Of a DNA stretch of 64,000 nt, positions 22,554 to 33,269 are shown in pieces. The notes under the pieces were generated by a model that was given only the letters and a program-made list of their open reading frames with translations, made no database searches and had not been told where the DNA came from. Source of the DNA: an uncultured Candidatus Rokubacteria bacterium (GTDB taxonomy: Bacteria > Methylomirabilota > Methylomirabilia > Rokubacteriales > DASRDR01); the NCBI GenBank assembly GCA_963708025.1, contig CAVPSB010000028.1, forward strand, positions 32,001 to 96,000, in the 5' to 3' direction. Every line of letters begins with the position of its first letter. Within the stretch, counting starts at the first letter, position 1. A program made the position numbers and the translations under genes.

Positions 22554-22569
22554 GCCGGCGGGAGACACC

Positions 22570-23580
22570 GTGGAGTATCGCCGCCTCGGCCGCAGCGGGG
22601 TCGAGGTGTCGACGCTCTGTCTGGGTGCCATGCTGTTCGGTGACCGGACCGGCGAGCCGGAGGCCGCGCGCATCATCCGCCACGCCCGCGACGCCGGCGT
22701 CAACTTCATCGACACGGCGGACGCCTACGCCGGAGGCGAGTCGGAGCGGATCATCGGGCGAGCCCTCCTGGACGAGCGAGACCGGTGGGTCGTGGCCACC
22801 AAGGGGGGCACCGCCCTGCCGCCGGCCGGTCCCAACCGGCGCGGGAGCGGCCGGCTCTGGCTCCTGCGCGCGCTCGAGCAGAGCCTGACCCGGCTGCGGA
22901 TGGACTACGTCAACATCTACTACCTGCACCTCGATGACCCGGCGACGACGCTGGAGGAGACCGTCGAGGTCATGGGCGACCTCATCCGGCAGGGGAAGAT
23001 CCGATACTGGGGCTTCAGCAACTTCCGTGGCTGGCGCATCGCCGAGATGATCCGGCTCTGCGGCCTCCTCGGCGTGCCCCGCCCGGTGGTCGGCCAGCCC
23101 TACTACAACGCGATGAACCGCATGCCGGAGGTCGAGTACCTGCCCGCCTGCGCGCACTACGGCATCGGCGTCGTGCCCTACAGCCCGCTGGCCCGCGGCG
23201 TGCTCACCGGGAAGTACTCGCCCGACGCGGCGCCGGATCCGACGACCCGGGCCGGGCGCAAGGACAAGCGGATGATGGAGACCGAGTTCCGGCCGGAGTC
23301 GATGGGCATGGCCCAGACCATCAAGGCCCACGCCGAGGCGCGCGGCGGCACGGCCGTCGGGTTCGCGGTCAACTGGGTCCTGGCCAACCCGCTCGTGAGC
23401 TCGGTGATCGCCGGCCCGCGCACCGAGTCGCAGTGGGAGAGCTACGTCGCGGCCCTCGGGGAGCGATGGGATGCCGAGGACGAGAAACTGATCGACCGTC
23501 TCGTCCCGCCGGGCCATCCCTCGACCCCCGGCTACACCGATCCGCTCTACCCGGTCACGGGCCGACCGGTGCCGAGGTGA
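22570..23580 (+). CDS. Aldo/keto reductase
   Basis: LGRSG..VS.LCLGAM, DTADAY, GKIRYWG.SN, YSPLARG. Confidence 0.92.
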   Translation: MEYRRLGRSGVEVSTLCLGAMLFGDRTGEPEAARIIRHARDAGVNFIDTADAYAGGESERIIGRALLDERDRWVVATKGGTALPPAGPNRRGSGRLWLLRALEQSLTRLRMDYVNIYYLHLDDPATTLEETVEVMGDLIRQGKIRYWGFSNFRGWRIAEMIRLCGLLGVPRPVVGQPYYNAMNRMPEVEYLPACAHYGIGVVPYSPLARGVLTGKYSPDAAPDPTTRAGRKDKRMMETEFRPESMGMAQTIKAHAEARGGTAVGFAVNWVLANPLVSSVIAGPRTESQWESYVAALGERWDAEDEKLIDRLVPPGHPSTPGYTDPLYPVTGRPVPR

Positions 23581-23709
23581 CCGGGCGGCCGGCGCGCGTC
23601 GTGGCGCCGGAGACTCTCCTCGGGCGGCCGCGGCAGCCCTCCTGACGCGTCTCGTCAACGCCCCGCGTCGCCGTGACCGGCCCGGCGCGGGCACCGCAGG
23701 GGATGTGGC

Positions 23710-24378
23710 GTGGACTACGTCTTCCAGTTCGGCGTCGTGTGGCGGGACATCGACCGGCTCCTGCTCGGGGCGTGGCTCACCGTGCGCCTGTCGGCCGCCA
23801 CGATGGTGCTGGGACTCCTGGTCGGGATCGCGGGCGCCCAGGCCAGGACCGCGCGCTCGAGGCTCCTGCGCGGAGCCGTGAAGGCCTACATCGAGGCGAT
23901 CCGCAACACTCCCTTCCTGGTCCAGCTCCTCCTCGTCTACCTCGGCCTCCCCTCGCTGGGCATTCGCCTGACACCCGGCCAGGCCGCGCTCCTGGCGATG
24001 GTCGTCAATCTGGGCGCCTACGCGACGGAGATCGTCCGGGCCGGCATCGAGGCGGTGCCGCGCGGCCAGATCGAGGCCGGCCGGGCGCTGGGTCTCGGGC
24101 CCTGGCCCATCTTCCGCTTCGTCGTCCTGACCCCCGCCCTGAAGGCGGTGTTCCCGGCCTTGAGCAGCCAGTTCATCCTGGTCATGCTCGCGTCCAGCGT
24201 CGTCTCCGTGATCTCGGCGGAGGAGCTGACCGCGGTCGCCGACACGATCGTGACCCGCAACTTCCGGTCGTTCGAGGTCTATCTCGTCGTCACCGGTCTC
24301 TATCTCGCCCTGTCGCTCGGCTTCCAGGCGGTGTTCGCGCTCGTCCACCGCGCGCTGTTCGCTCGCTGGAGCGCCTGA
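23710..24378 (+). CDS. Amino acid ABC transporter permease
   Basis: RNTPFLVQL, AYATEIVRAGI, GQIEAGRALG. Confidence 0.92.
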   Translation: MDYVFQFGVVWRDIDRLLLGAWLTVRLSAATMVLGLLVGIAGAQARTARSRLLRGAVKAYIEAIRNTPFLVQLLLVYLGLPSLGIRLTPGQAALLAMVVNLGAYATEIVRAGIEAVPRGQIEAGRALGLGPWPIFRFVVLTPALKAVFPALSSQFILVMLASSVVSVISAEELTAVADTIVTRNFRSFEVYLVVTGLYLALSLGFQAVFALVHRALFARWSA

Positions 24379-24384
24379 ACTCCG

Positions 24385-25056
24385 ATGATCCGGGAGTTCA
24401 CGGCCAGCGAGCTCTGGTTCCTCTTGCTGTCGGTGCGCTGGACCGCTCTCCTCGCGCTGATCGCCTTCATCGGCGGCGGCGCGGTCGGCTTCGGCATCGC
24501 CGTCACGAGGACGGCCAGGCCGCGCATCTTGCGAGCGGCGACCGCGATCTACATCCGGATCTTCCAGGGCACGCCGCTGCTCATGCAGCTCTACCTGGTC
24601 TACTTCGGCTCGAGCTTCTTCGGCATCCGGAGCGACGCGTGGACGGCGGCGGCCCTGGGGCTCGTCCTCTACTCGGGCGCGTTCCTGGGCGAGATCTGGC
24701 GCGGCTGCATCGAGGCCATCCCCCGGGGCCAGTGGGAGGGCTCGGCGGCGCTGGCGCTCAGCTATCCGGCTCAGCTCCGCTTCGTCATCCTGCCTCAGGC
24801 CCTGCGGATCGCGATCCCGCCGACCGTGGGCTTCCTGGTCCAGATCCTGAAGGGCACGTCGCTCGCCTCGATCATCGGGTTCACCGAGCTGACGCGAGCG
24901 GCGCAGATCGTCAACAACGCGACGTTCCGGCCGTTCATCGTGTACGCCACCGTCGCCGCCCTCTACTTCGCCCTGTGCTGGCCGCTGTCCGTGCTGAGCC
25001 ACCGCCTCGAGCGGCGGCTCGGCCACGAGCTGCGTCCGGTCGCCGCCCAGGTCTGA
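24385..25056 (+). CDS. Amino acid ABC transporter permease
   Basis: QGTPLLMQL, EIWRG, ILKGTSLASIIG. Confidence 0.92.
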   Translation: MIREFTASELWFLLLSVRWTALLALIAFIGGGAVGFGIAVTRTARPRILRAATAIYIRIFQGTPLLMQLYLVYFGSSFFGIRSDAWTAAALGLVLYSGAFLGEIWRGCIEAIPRGQWEGSAALALSYPAQLRFVILPQALRIAIPPTVGFLVQILKGTSLASIIGFTELTRAAQIVNNATFRPFIVYATVAALYFALCWPLSVLSHRLERRLGHELRPVAAQV

Positions 25057-25088
25057 GTCGCGTTATCCTTCCCCCGGAGGAAACCACC

Positions 25089-25934
25089 ATGCTGATCGTG
25101 GACGCACAGGTTCACGTCTGGGGGGCCGACACGCCCGATCGCCCGTGGCCACCCGGCCGGGCCCATCAGGCGCAGAAGCCCTACCCCGTCACCCGGGAGA
25201 TGGTCCTCGACGGGATGAAGGAGGCGGGAGTCGACCGCGCCGTCATCGTGCCGCCGTCGTGGGAGGGGGACCGCAACGACCTCGCCCTCGAGGCGGCCCG
25301 GCTGCACCCCGACCGGTTCGCGGTGATGGGACGGCTGGCCATCGAGAAGCCGGAGAGCCGGACGCGCGTCGAGGGGTGGAAGCGGTCGCCCGGCATGCTC
25401 GGCATGCGCTTCACCTTCCACACCGAGCTCCAGAAGCCGTGGCTCACCGACGGCACCGCCGACTGGCTCTGGCCGGCCGCCGAGCGGGCCGGCATCCCGG
25501 TGATGATCTTCCCCCCCGGCTCGATGCCCGCCGTCGATCGGATCGCCGAGCGTCATCCCGGGCTCCGGCTCGTCATCGATCACCTGGCCATCGGCACCAC
25601 CCAGCGCGACGACGCGGCCTTCGCCGACCTTCCGGAGCTCTGCACGCTGGCGCGGCGGCCCAACGTCGCGGTCAAGGCGTCGGCGCTGCCCTGCTATTCC
25701 ACGGAGCCGTACCCGTTCCGCGGGCTCCACAAGCACATCCGCCGGGTCTACGACGCGTTCGGCCCGCGGCGGGTGTTCTGGGGCACCGACTGGACGCGGC
25801 TCCCCTGCCCGTGGCGCCAGGCGGTGACGCTGTTCACCGAGGAGCTGCCGTGGCTCTCGGCCCCGGACCAGGAGTGGATCATGGGCCGGGCCATTTGCGA
25901 GTGGCTGGGCTGGCCGCTGCCGGCTTCCCGGTGA
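25089..25934 (+). CDS. Amidohydrolase_2 family lactonase-like protein
   Basis: IVDAQVHVW, VIDHLA, NVAVKAS, FWGTDW. Confidence 0.88.
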   Translation: MLIVDAQVHVWGADTPDRPWPPGRAHQAQKPYPVTREMVLDGMKEAGVDRAVIVPPSWEGDRNDLALEAARLHPDRFAVMGRLAIEKPESRTRVEGWKRSPGMLGMRFTFHTELQKPWLTDGTADWLWPAAERAGIPVMIFPPGSMPAVDRIAERHPGLRLVIDHLAIGTTQRDDAAFADLPELCTLARRPNVAVKASALPCYSTEPYPFRGLHKHIRRVYDAFGPRRVFWGTDWTRLPCPWRQAVTLFTEELPWLSAPDQEWIMGRAICEWLGWPLPASR

Positions 25935-26479
25935 CACGGCCCGCCTCGCGACGGAGGACGAGCTTGAAGCCCTGGATCGGCAGCGCGACAGTGAGGACGA
26001 GCATCGCGGCCGCGGCGGGCCTGTGCCTCCTGTTCGGGACGTCGGGCGAGGGGGCGAGGGCGCAGGCACGGAAGGTGTCCGGCAAGGGCGTGGGCGCCCA
26101 ACGGGTGGCGCGGACCGAGCTGTTCCTGGCGAACATGGATACCGGTATCCTGGAAAGCCTCTCCCGCATGCTGACCAGTCAGGACCCGGACTGGAACGGC
26201 GCCCGGGTCTTCTCCGTCCGCTTCTCGGATCCGCATGCCCGCCGGGAGCGCCACGTGCAGGGACACATGGTGGTGCACTACCCGGGAGGGGACCAGACCT
26301 TCCTCACGTACGAGTTCAAGTGGAAGCCGGACGGCGCCGATGCCGACTTCGAGCTCGTCGCGCGCTTCGTCCGGGGCACCGGCAGGTTCAAGGGGATCAG
26401 CGGGTCCTGGCGGGAGCGCGGCCGCTCCACCGTCACCGAGGACACCAGCGAGTGGGAGGTCGAGTACGAGCTGCCCTGA
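25931..26479 (+). CDS. Hypothetical secreted beta-rich protein (start uncertain)
   Basis: Signal-like segment; GTGRFKGISG motif typical of small beta-barrels. Confidence 0.6.
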   Translation: MTRPASRRRTSLKPWIGSATVRTSIAAAAGLCLLFGTSGEGARAQARKVSGKGVGAQRVARTELFLANMDTGILESLSRMLTSQDPDWNGARVFSVRFSDPHARRERHVQGHMVVHYPGGDQTFLTYEFKWKPDGADADFELVARFVRGTGRFKGISGSWRERGRSTVTEDTSEWEVEYELP

Positions 26480-26509
26480 AAACGGCGGCGGCGCCGCGAG
26501 CGGGCCGGC

Positions 26510-27384
26510 TCAGGTCGTGCCGAAGCGCGATGACGAGGCCGACCCCGGCCACCACGAGCACCGCCGCGACGGCGATCCGCCACGTCACGCGCTCGAGGTC
26601 GCGGAGGAAGAGCCACGCCAGCGCGACCGTGAAGATCGCGTGGCAGTTCACCAGGGGCGAGACGACCGAGACCTGCGCCGAGCATGAGGGCGCGCCACAT
26701 CGTCAGGTAGGCCACCCCCTCGGCCAGGCCGGACAGCGCCAGGAGCCGGAGGCCCGGCCGGCTCACGCCGACGGTGCCGGTGCCCCGCACGGCGAGGACG
26801 ACGAGCCACATGACGGCGACCGAGGCGGCGGTGGCCGCGGCCGCGGCCAGCAGCGGGTACGGGAAGGCGCCGAAGCCCCACCGGCTCAGGTTGTCGCGGA
26901 ACGCGAACCCCAGCGCCCCGAGGATCGGAAAGACGAGGTCGCGCCGCCGCCAGGCCCGGTCGTCGCGGCCCCGGGAGGAGAGGAGCACGCCGCCCCCCAC
27001 GATGGCCGCCGCGCCGGCCAGGAGGCCCCACGACGGCCGCTCCCCCAGGACGAGGACGGCCATGATCACGGCGAAGAGCGGGGTGCACGAGGCCAGCGAG
27101 GAGGCGCGGGAGGCGCCGACCCGATGCACGCCCAGGTAGAGGCCCACACGGGCCAGGCCCGGCGCCGCCAGCCCGGCCACCAGGAACGGCCACACGCGCC
27201 CTGTGAAGAGCATCGAGAGCGGCTGCGTCGTCACCACCAGCAGCCACACGGTGGCCGCCGTGAAGTGGACGGAGATGAGGACGGCGGCCAGCGGCGTGGC
27301 GTGCTGGAGCCCCCGCTTGACGAGGACGGCCGCCACCGCGAAGGCGAAGGAGGCGACGAGCGCGAGGAGGGGCGGCCAGGTCAC
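26510..27384 (-). CDS. EamA/DMT family transporter (frameshifts near 26676 and probably 26530)
   Basis: Two EamA repeats; C-terminal VSPLVNCHAIFTVALAWLFLRDLERVT is in another frame. Confidence 0.8.
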
Positions 27385-27452
27385 CGCGCCATTGTACGGG
27401 CACCGGGCGCCCGGGGGCAGGGCCCGTGCGCTATGCTAGCGGAGAGGAAGCC

Positions 27453-28259
27453 ATGGGAGCCGCCAATCGGGCCGTGACCTCGCGCGAGTACAAGCTCATG
27501 CTGAACGTGGACCGGTTCGCCGATCGCGAGCGGGGCACGCGCCAGCTCTGGGCCGTGGTCGAGTTCCTCGTCGACAAGGCGGGCGGCGTCGTCGCGGAGC
27601 AGCAGGACGAGGAGGAGACCCGGGAGACGTTCTACCTCGACACCCCGGGATCCGATCTCCGCCAGCGGGGACTGGCGCTCCGGGTCCGGCGCGAGAAGGA
27701 CAAGAAGAAGCGCAAGGTCACGCTCAAGCTGCGCGAGGCCGATCGGTACCTGGCGGCGGCGTTCGACCTCCGCACGACCGCCGGGGAGCCCGAGTGGAAG
27801 TTCGAGCAGGACATCCTCCCGCCCTTCGCCGGCGCCTTCGCCCACTCGGTGTCGTTCGAGACGAAGCAGGACCCCGACCTCGCCACCGTCGCGGACCTGG
27901 TGGCCCTCTTCCCCGGGCTGCAGAGCCTCGCGCTCCCGGCGGCCACCGCGGTGGCCACCGTGAACGGCTTCACCGCCCAGGAGGTCGCGCGGAAGCTGGG
28001 CAAGCTCCGCTTCGGCGACGCGCCGGTGGTCAAGGCCATGGCGAGCTTCTGGTACCTGGCCGGCGCCCCCGGCGACTACCCCCTCGTGGCCGAGTTCTCC
28101 TTCGACTACGACGCCCCCGGCCCGCCGGACGCGCTCGAGCAGTTCCCGCCCCTCGTCGTGCGCGGGGCCAACGACCTGTTCGCCAGCCTCCAGCGGCAGC
28201 CGGGGTGGCTCGACCTCTCCGGCACCACCAAGACCGCCGCCGCCTACGCCAGCTTCTGA
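27453..28259 (+). CDS. Hypothetical CYTH-like protein
   Basis: SREYK, FYLDT..DLR..GLALRVRR, VTLKLR, late EFSF. Confidence 0.65.
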   Translation: MGAANRAVTSREYKLMLNVDRFADRERGTRQLWAVVEFLVDKAGGVVAEQQDEEETRETFYLDTPGSDLRQRGLALRVRREKDKKKRKVTLKLREADRYLAAAFDLRTTAGEPEWKFEQDILPPFAGAFAHSVSFETKQDPDLATVADLVALFPGLQSLALPAATAVATVNGFTAQEVARKLGKLRFGDAPVVKAMASFWYLAGAPGDYPLVAEFSFDYDAPGPPDALEQFPPLVVRGANDLFASLQRQPGWLDLSGTTKTAAAYASF

Positions 28260-28277
28260 CGGCCGAGCCCGACGCCC

Positions 28278-29129
28278 CTACGCGCGCAGGCGCGGGTCGA
28301 GGGCGTCGCGGACGGCGTCGCCCAGGAAGTTCAGGCCCAGCACCGTCACGAACAGGGCGGCGCCCGGCCCGAAGACGATCCAGGGGGCCTGCTGGAGGTA
28401 GCCGCGGCCGGCGTTGATCATGCTGCCCCAGGAGGCCTCCGGCGGCTGGATGCCCAGCCCCAGGAAGGAGAGCGAGGCCTCGGCCAGGATCGCGAACGCC
28501 ACGCTCAGCGACGCCTGGACCACGATCGGCGTGGCGGCGTTCGGCAGCACGTGGCGCCAGGCGATCCGCCAGCCCGGGGCGCCCAGCACCCGGGCCGCCT
28601 CGACGTACTCGCGCGCCCGGATCGTCAGCACCTGGCCGCGCATCAGGCGGGCGAAGGTCGGGGTGTAGACCACGCCCAGCGCGATCAGGACGCCGGTCAG
28701 GCCCGCCCCGAGCACGCCGCCGAGCGCCAGCGCCAGCACCAGCGGCGGGAAGGCGAGGACCGCGTCCATGAGCCGCATCAGCAGCCCGTCGGCGCGGCCG
28801 CCCCAGTAGCCGGCCAGGAGACCGAGCAGGCTGCCGGCGACCGCGGCGATGGCCACCGAGACGAAGCCGGCCACCAGCGAGATGCGCGTGCCCCACATCA
28901 CGCGGGAGAGCACGTCCCGCCCGACGTTGTCGGTCCCCAGCGGGTGGGTCCGGCCGGGTCGCGCCAGCGAGTTGCCGATCTCCTGCTTGAGCGGGTCGTA
29001 GGGCGCCAGCCGCGGCGCCAGCAGCGCGACCGCCACCGCCGCCAGCACGACGGCCGCCCCCAGCGGCGCCAGCCGGGCGCCGACCGCCCGGCGGAGCCAG
29101 CGCCACCGCTCCCGGGCCGGCCGTCTCAC
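28278..29129 (-). CDS. Peptide/nickel ABC permease (DppC-like)
   Basis: HPLGTDNVGRD, EYVEAARVLG, EASLSFLGLG, DALDPR. Confidence 0.92.
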   Translation of the reverse strand: MRRPARERWRWLRRAVGARLAPLGAAVVLAAVAVALLAPRLAPYDPLKQEIGNSLARPGRTHPLGTDNVGRDVLSRVMWGTRISLVAGFVSVAIAAVAGSLLGLLAGYWGGRADGLLMRLMDAVLAFPPLVLALALGGVLGAGLTGVLIALGVVYTPTFARLMRGQVLTIRAREYVEAARVLGAPGWRIAWRHVLPNAATPIVVQASLSVAFAILAEASLSFLGLGIQPPEASWGSMINAGRGYLQQAPWIVFGPGAALFVTVLGLNFLGDAVRDALDPRLRA

Positions 29130-29157
29130 CAGCCCGGCCGGATGCGCGATCGACCGC

Positions 29158-30102
29158 TCAGCGATACCGGATCCTCGGATCGAGCCAGCCGTAGACGACG
29201 TTGACCGCCAGGTTCGACAGGATGAAGCCCACGGCGATCAGCAGGACCACGCCCTGCACCAGCGGGTAGTCCCGGGCGAAGACCGCGTCGACCACCAGGC
29301 GGCCGACGCCGGGCAGCGCGAACACGTACTCCGTGATCACCGCGCCGCCGATCAGCGTCCCGAGCTGGAGCCCGAGCAGGGTGACGACCGGGATCAGGCT
29401 GTTCTTCAGGGCGTGACGGGTCAGCACCGCCGGCTCGGACAGCCCCTTCGCCCGCGCCGTGCGGACGTAGTCCTCCGAGAGCGCCTCCAGCAGGCTGGAG
29501 CGCAGCGTTCGCGCGATCACCGCCGCCAGCGCCAGGCCCAGGGTGATGGCCGGCAGCGTCAGCGACCGGAGGCCGCGCACCGGCTCCTCGAGCGGATCGG
29601 TGTAGCCGGAGATCGGCAGCCAGCGCAGCGTCACGCCGAAGAAGAAGATCAGCAGCAGGGCGATGAGGAAGTTGGGCATGCAGATGCCGAACAGCGCGAA
29701 CGTGGTGCCGGCGCCGTCGACGGCCGTGTTGTGACGGGCGGCCGAGAGGATCCCCACCGGGAAGGCCACCAGCAGGGCGATGATCGTCGCGAACAGGGCG
29801 AGCTCCAGGCTGGGCCGGAGGCGGCGGCCGACGTTCTCGATGACGGGCTCACGATTGCGGATCGACCTCCCGAGGTCGCCCTGCAGCAGCCGGCCCATCC
29901 AGGCGAGGTACTGGACGTGGATGGGCTGGTCCAGCCCGAGCTCCCGCCGCAGGGTCGCCTTCACGGTGGCGTTGACCGACTCCGCCATCATGGCGTCGAT
30001 CGGATCGCCCGGCGTCAGGTGCACCAGCGAGAACACCCCGGCCGTGACGAACAGCAGGACCGGGATGGCGGCGAGCAGGCGGTGGAGGACGAAGCGACCC
30101 AT
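29158..30102 (-). CDS. Peptide/nickel ABC permease (DppB-like)
   Basis: PGDP, GDLGRS, DYVRTARAKGL, RDYPLVQG. Confidence 0.92.
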   Translation of the reverse strand: MGRFVLHRLLAAIPVLLFVTAGVFSLVHLTPGDPIDAMMAESVNATVKATLRRELGLDQPIHVQYLAWMGRLLQGDLGRSIRNREPVIENVGRRLRPSLELALFATIIALLVAFPVGILSAARHNTAVDGAGTTFALFGICMPNFLIALLLIFFFGVTLRWLPISGYTDPLEEPVRGLRSLTLPAITLGLALAAVIARTLRSSLLEALSEDYVRTARAKGLSEPAVLTRHALKNSLIPVVTLLGLQLGTLIGGAVITEYVFALPGVGRLVVDAVFARDYPLVQGVVLLIAVGFILSNLAVNVVYGWLDPRIRYR

Positions 30103-30146
30103 GGCGCGCCGCCGTCAGTTGACAGGGGCGTCGCGGGGCGTGCGGC

Positions 30147-31733
30147 CTACCTCAGCCACACATCCTTGAACCGCATCATCCCGTCGGGGATCGGCTCGTA
30201 GCCCTGGACCTTCGGGCTGAAGGCCTTCGGCTCGATCGGGTGGACGATGAACAGGATCGGCAGCTCCTCGTGGAGGATGCGCGTCAGCTCGCTGTAGAGC
30301 TTCTTCCGCTCGGCCCGGTCGGAGACCTCCCGGGTCTTGTCCAGCAGCGCGTCGATCCGCGGGTTGGAGATGCCGGACCAGTTCAGCGACACGCCCTGGG
30401 TGGTCTTGAAGAACTGGAAGATGTTGCCGTCGGGGTCCGGGCGGCCGCTCCACTGGTACTGGATCAGCTCGAAGTTCTTGTTGTTCCCGTCCGTGAGGAG
30501 CGTGGCGGAGTTGACCAGCTTGATCTTCATCGTGATGCCGGCCTCGGCGAGCTGGGCCTGCATCACCTCGGCCTCCTGGACGTTGATCGGGATGTTGTTC
30601 GTGGTCATGCTGAAGGTGAGCCCGCCGGGCTGGCCGCTCTCAGCCAGCTTGGCCTTGGACCGGGCGAGATCCCGCTTGATCGGGGGGATGGTGTTGTCGT
30701 AGGCCCAGCTGGTGGGCGGGATCGGGCCGTTCGACGGCACGCCGACGTTCAGCCAGACCCCCTTCACGATCTGCTCGAGGTCCAGGGCGGAGGCGACCGC
30801 CTGGCGCAGCGCCTTGTTGGCGAACGGCGGCTTCGTATGGTTGAACTGATACCCGAAGGAGGCCAGCGACGGGACGTCCACCACCACCAGGCTCTTGTCG
30901 GCCTTGGCCGCCGCCACGTCGCGCGGCTGGATGTAATCGATCACGTCGATCTCGCCGGTCTGCAGGCTCTGCAGCTTGACGGTGTCCTCCGGAATCGGCC
31001 GGTAGCGGATCTGGTCCAGGTAGGGGCCGCCCTGCTTGTTCCAGTAGCCGTCGTGGCGCTTGAGCAGGATGTGATCGTCCTTGACCCACTCGACGAACTC
31101 GAACGGCCCGGTGCCGGCCCCCTTGGCGTTGCGCTCGAGGTCGGGGCCGCGCTCCTGGACGACCTTGGGGGAGACCATCATGCCGGCGCGATCGGTCAGC
31201 GTCGCCAGCAGCGCCGCGTCCGGCCGCCGCAGGTTGAGCTTGATGGTGTAGGGGTCGACCACGTCCACCGACTCGATGCTGGCCACCTCGCCCTTGCGGA
31301 CCGACCTCGGCTCGGTCTTCATCCGGTTGAAGTTGAAGCGGGCCGCCTCGGCGTTGAAGTCGGTCCCGTCGTGGAACTTCACCCCCCGGCGCAGCTTGAA
31401 GATGAGCGTCTTGGGATCCGGCTGCTGCCAGGATTCGGCCAGGCCGGGCTTGATCCCGAGCTTGACGTCCAGGACCACCAGCGGCTCGTAGAGGTTGTGG
31501 TAGACTTGCCGGTCGATCTTGCTGCCGGACAAGTGGGGATCCATGGTGGCGGCCTCGATGTAGAAGCCGACCCGGAGGGTGCCGCCCTTCCGGGGAGCGG
31601 GCGCCTGCTGGGCGCGAGCGGCCGGCGCCCCCTGGAGCCCCCAGGCCAGCCCGCCGGACGTGACGGCCGACAGCCAGAGGAAACGGCGGCGGGACAGCTC
31701 TCGCGCGTTCCGGTCCGGGTCGGTCGATGCCAT
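30147..31733 (-). CDS. Peptide/nickel ABC substrate-binding protein with Tat signal
   Basis: SRRRFL, PGLAESW, GVKFHDGTDFNAE, GTGPF. Confidence 0.92.
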   Translation of the reverse strand: MASTDPDRNARELSRRRFLWLSAVTSGGLAWGLQGAPAARAQQAPAPRKGGTLRVGFYIEAATMDPHLSGSKIDRQVYHNLYEPLVVLDVKLGIKPGLAESWQQPDPKTLIFKLRRGVKFHDGTDFNAEAARFNFNRMKTEPRSVRKGEVASIESVDVVDPYTIKLNLRRPDAALLATLTDRAGMMVSPKVVQERGPDLERNAKGAGTGPFEFVEWVKDDHILLKRHDGYWNKQGGPYLDQIRYRPIPEDTVKLQSLQTGEIDVIDYIQPRDVAAAKADKSLVVVDVPSLASFGYQFNHTKPPFANKALRQAVASALDLEQIVKGVWLNVGVPSNGPIPPTSWAYDNTIPPIKRDLARSKAKLAESGQPGGLTFSMTTNNIPINVQEAEVMQAQLAEAGITMKIKLVNSATLLTDGNNKNFELIQYQWSGRPDPDGNIFQFFKTTQGVSLNWSGISNPRIDALLDKTREVSDRAERKKLYSELTRILHEELPILFIVHPIEPKAFSPKVQGYEPIPDGMMRFKDVWLR

Positions 31734-31959
31734 CGTCGGATCCCCCTCTCAGTCGGTCCGTCCGGTCTCCGGCCGTGATGCGTGATCCGCAGACCGCCGG
31801 GCGGCGCGCCGCGCGACGTTCGCTTCCGTGGGCCGAGGGTAGCCCACCCCGTTCGCCGATACAAGCCAGCCATCCGCCCTCCGACCTCCCGAACTGTGCT
31901 ATGGTGGCCGGCGACGCTCGATGCCCCGAACCACCCGCATACCCGAGGAGGCCTCGACC

Positions 31960-33261
31960 ATGTTCCACCGATGCGCTCCAGACGCGGCTCGCTGCCTGCG
32001 GGCCCTCGGTCTCGCCCTGGTGGTGCTCAGCCTGGCCGCCGGCGGGGCGGAGGCGGAGACCCGGCTCAAGTTCATCGTCTGGAACTACCAGGTGGACACC
32101 GTGAAGGAGTTCGTCACCCAGTTCGAGGCCGAGAACCCCGACGTGAAGGTGGACATGGAAGTGATCCCGTCCGCCCAGTACGCGGCCAAGATCCGCCTGA
32201 TGAAGAACGCCAACACCCCGTTCGACGCCCTCTACGTCTTCGACCACATCCTCTCCCAGTGGGCGGCCTGGCTCGAGCCGCTCGACGGCTACGACGGGGC
32301 GGACGCGCTCAAGAAGACGATGCTGCCGCTGGCCCGGCAGTCGATGACGTACAACGGGAAGCTCTACGGCCTGCCCTACTACACGAGCTACTTCGGCATC
32401 ATCTACAACGAGAGGATGCTCAAGGCGGCCGGCTTCGACGGGCCGCCCAAGACGTACGAGGAGTGGAGCCAGCAGGCCCGGGCGATCAAGGCCAAGGGCC
32501 TGAGCAAGACGCCGATGATCTGGCCCGTGAAGCACACGGGCTGGGGCGGCATGTGGGTCGTCAACGCGATGGCGGCCTCCCGGGGCGGCAAGGTGCTGGA
32601 CGACCAGCTCGCCGTGACGCCGGTCGCCCTGGAGTCGCTCCGGTGGTGGGCCGGCACTTACAAGGAAGGGCTCTCGGATCCCAACGGGCTCGAGCTGGAC
32701 TCCAACGAGTCGGCCCGCGCGTTCCAGAGCGGTGACTACGCCACGATCCTCACCGCCAACTTCTTCGCCGGCGCCCAGTGGGCGAACGACAAGGAAAAGT
32801 CGAAGGTGGCGGGGGTGGCCAAGCTCGGACCGTTGCCCGAGCGGCGGCGGACGGTGGGCTTCGCCCGGCTCTACGGGGTGAGCGCGACGAGCGCCCACAA
32901 GCCCGAGGCCTGGCGGCTGGTCAGGTTCCTGGGCGGCACCGCCAAGTCGGGCGACTACGTGACGCCCAAGCAGTGGGTGGCCAAGGGTGCCCTGACCTGG
33001 GGGCATCGCGGGGTCGAGAAGGACGCGGTCGTGGTGGCCTCGCTCCGCTCGTGGGGCGCCGACCCCGCCGACGTCGCCGCCAACCTGGAGAACGCGGTCC
33101 ACATGAGCGAGGTGGTTCCGTTCCAGGCCCCGTGGTACGCCGAGTGGGAGCTGTACGCGAACGGCGTGCTGCAGAACGTCCTCGGCGGCCGGACCTCGCC
33201 CGAGGAGGCCGCCCAGCTCTGGACGGCCAAGGCGAAGGAGCTGGCGGCCCGGTACAAGTAG
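31960..33261 (+). CDS. Sugar-type (CUT1) ABC substrate-binding protein
   Basis: FEAENPDVKV, YNGKLYGLP, YNERML. Confidence 0.88.
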   Translation: MFHRCAPDAARCLRALGLALVVLSLAAGGAEAETRLKFIVWNYQVDTVKEFVTQFEAENPDVKVDMEVIPSAQYAAKIRLMKNANTPFDALYVFDHILSQWAAWLEPLDGYDGADALKKTMLPLARQSMTYNGKLYGLPYYTSYFGIIYNERMLKAAGFDGPPKTYEEWSQQARAIKAKGLSKTPMIWPVKHTGWGGMWVVNAMAASRGGKVLDDQLAVTPVALESLRWWAGTYKEGLSDPNGLELDSNESARAFQSGDYATILTANFFAGAQWANDKEKSKVAGVAKLGPLPERRRTVGFARLYGVSATSAHKPEAWRLVRFLGGTAKSGDYVTPKQWVAKGALTWGHRGVEKDAVVVASLRSWGADPADVAANLENAVHMSEVVPFQAPWYAEWELYANGVLQNVLGGRTSPEEAAQLWTAKAKELAARYK

Positions 33262-33269
33262 TCAGCGGC

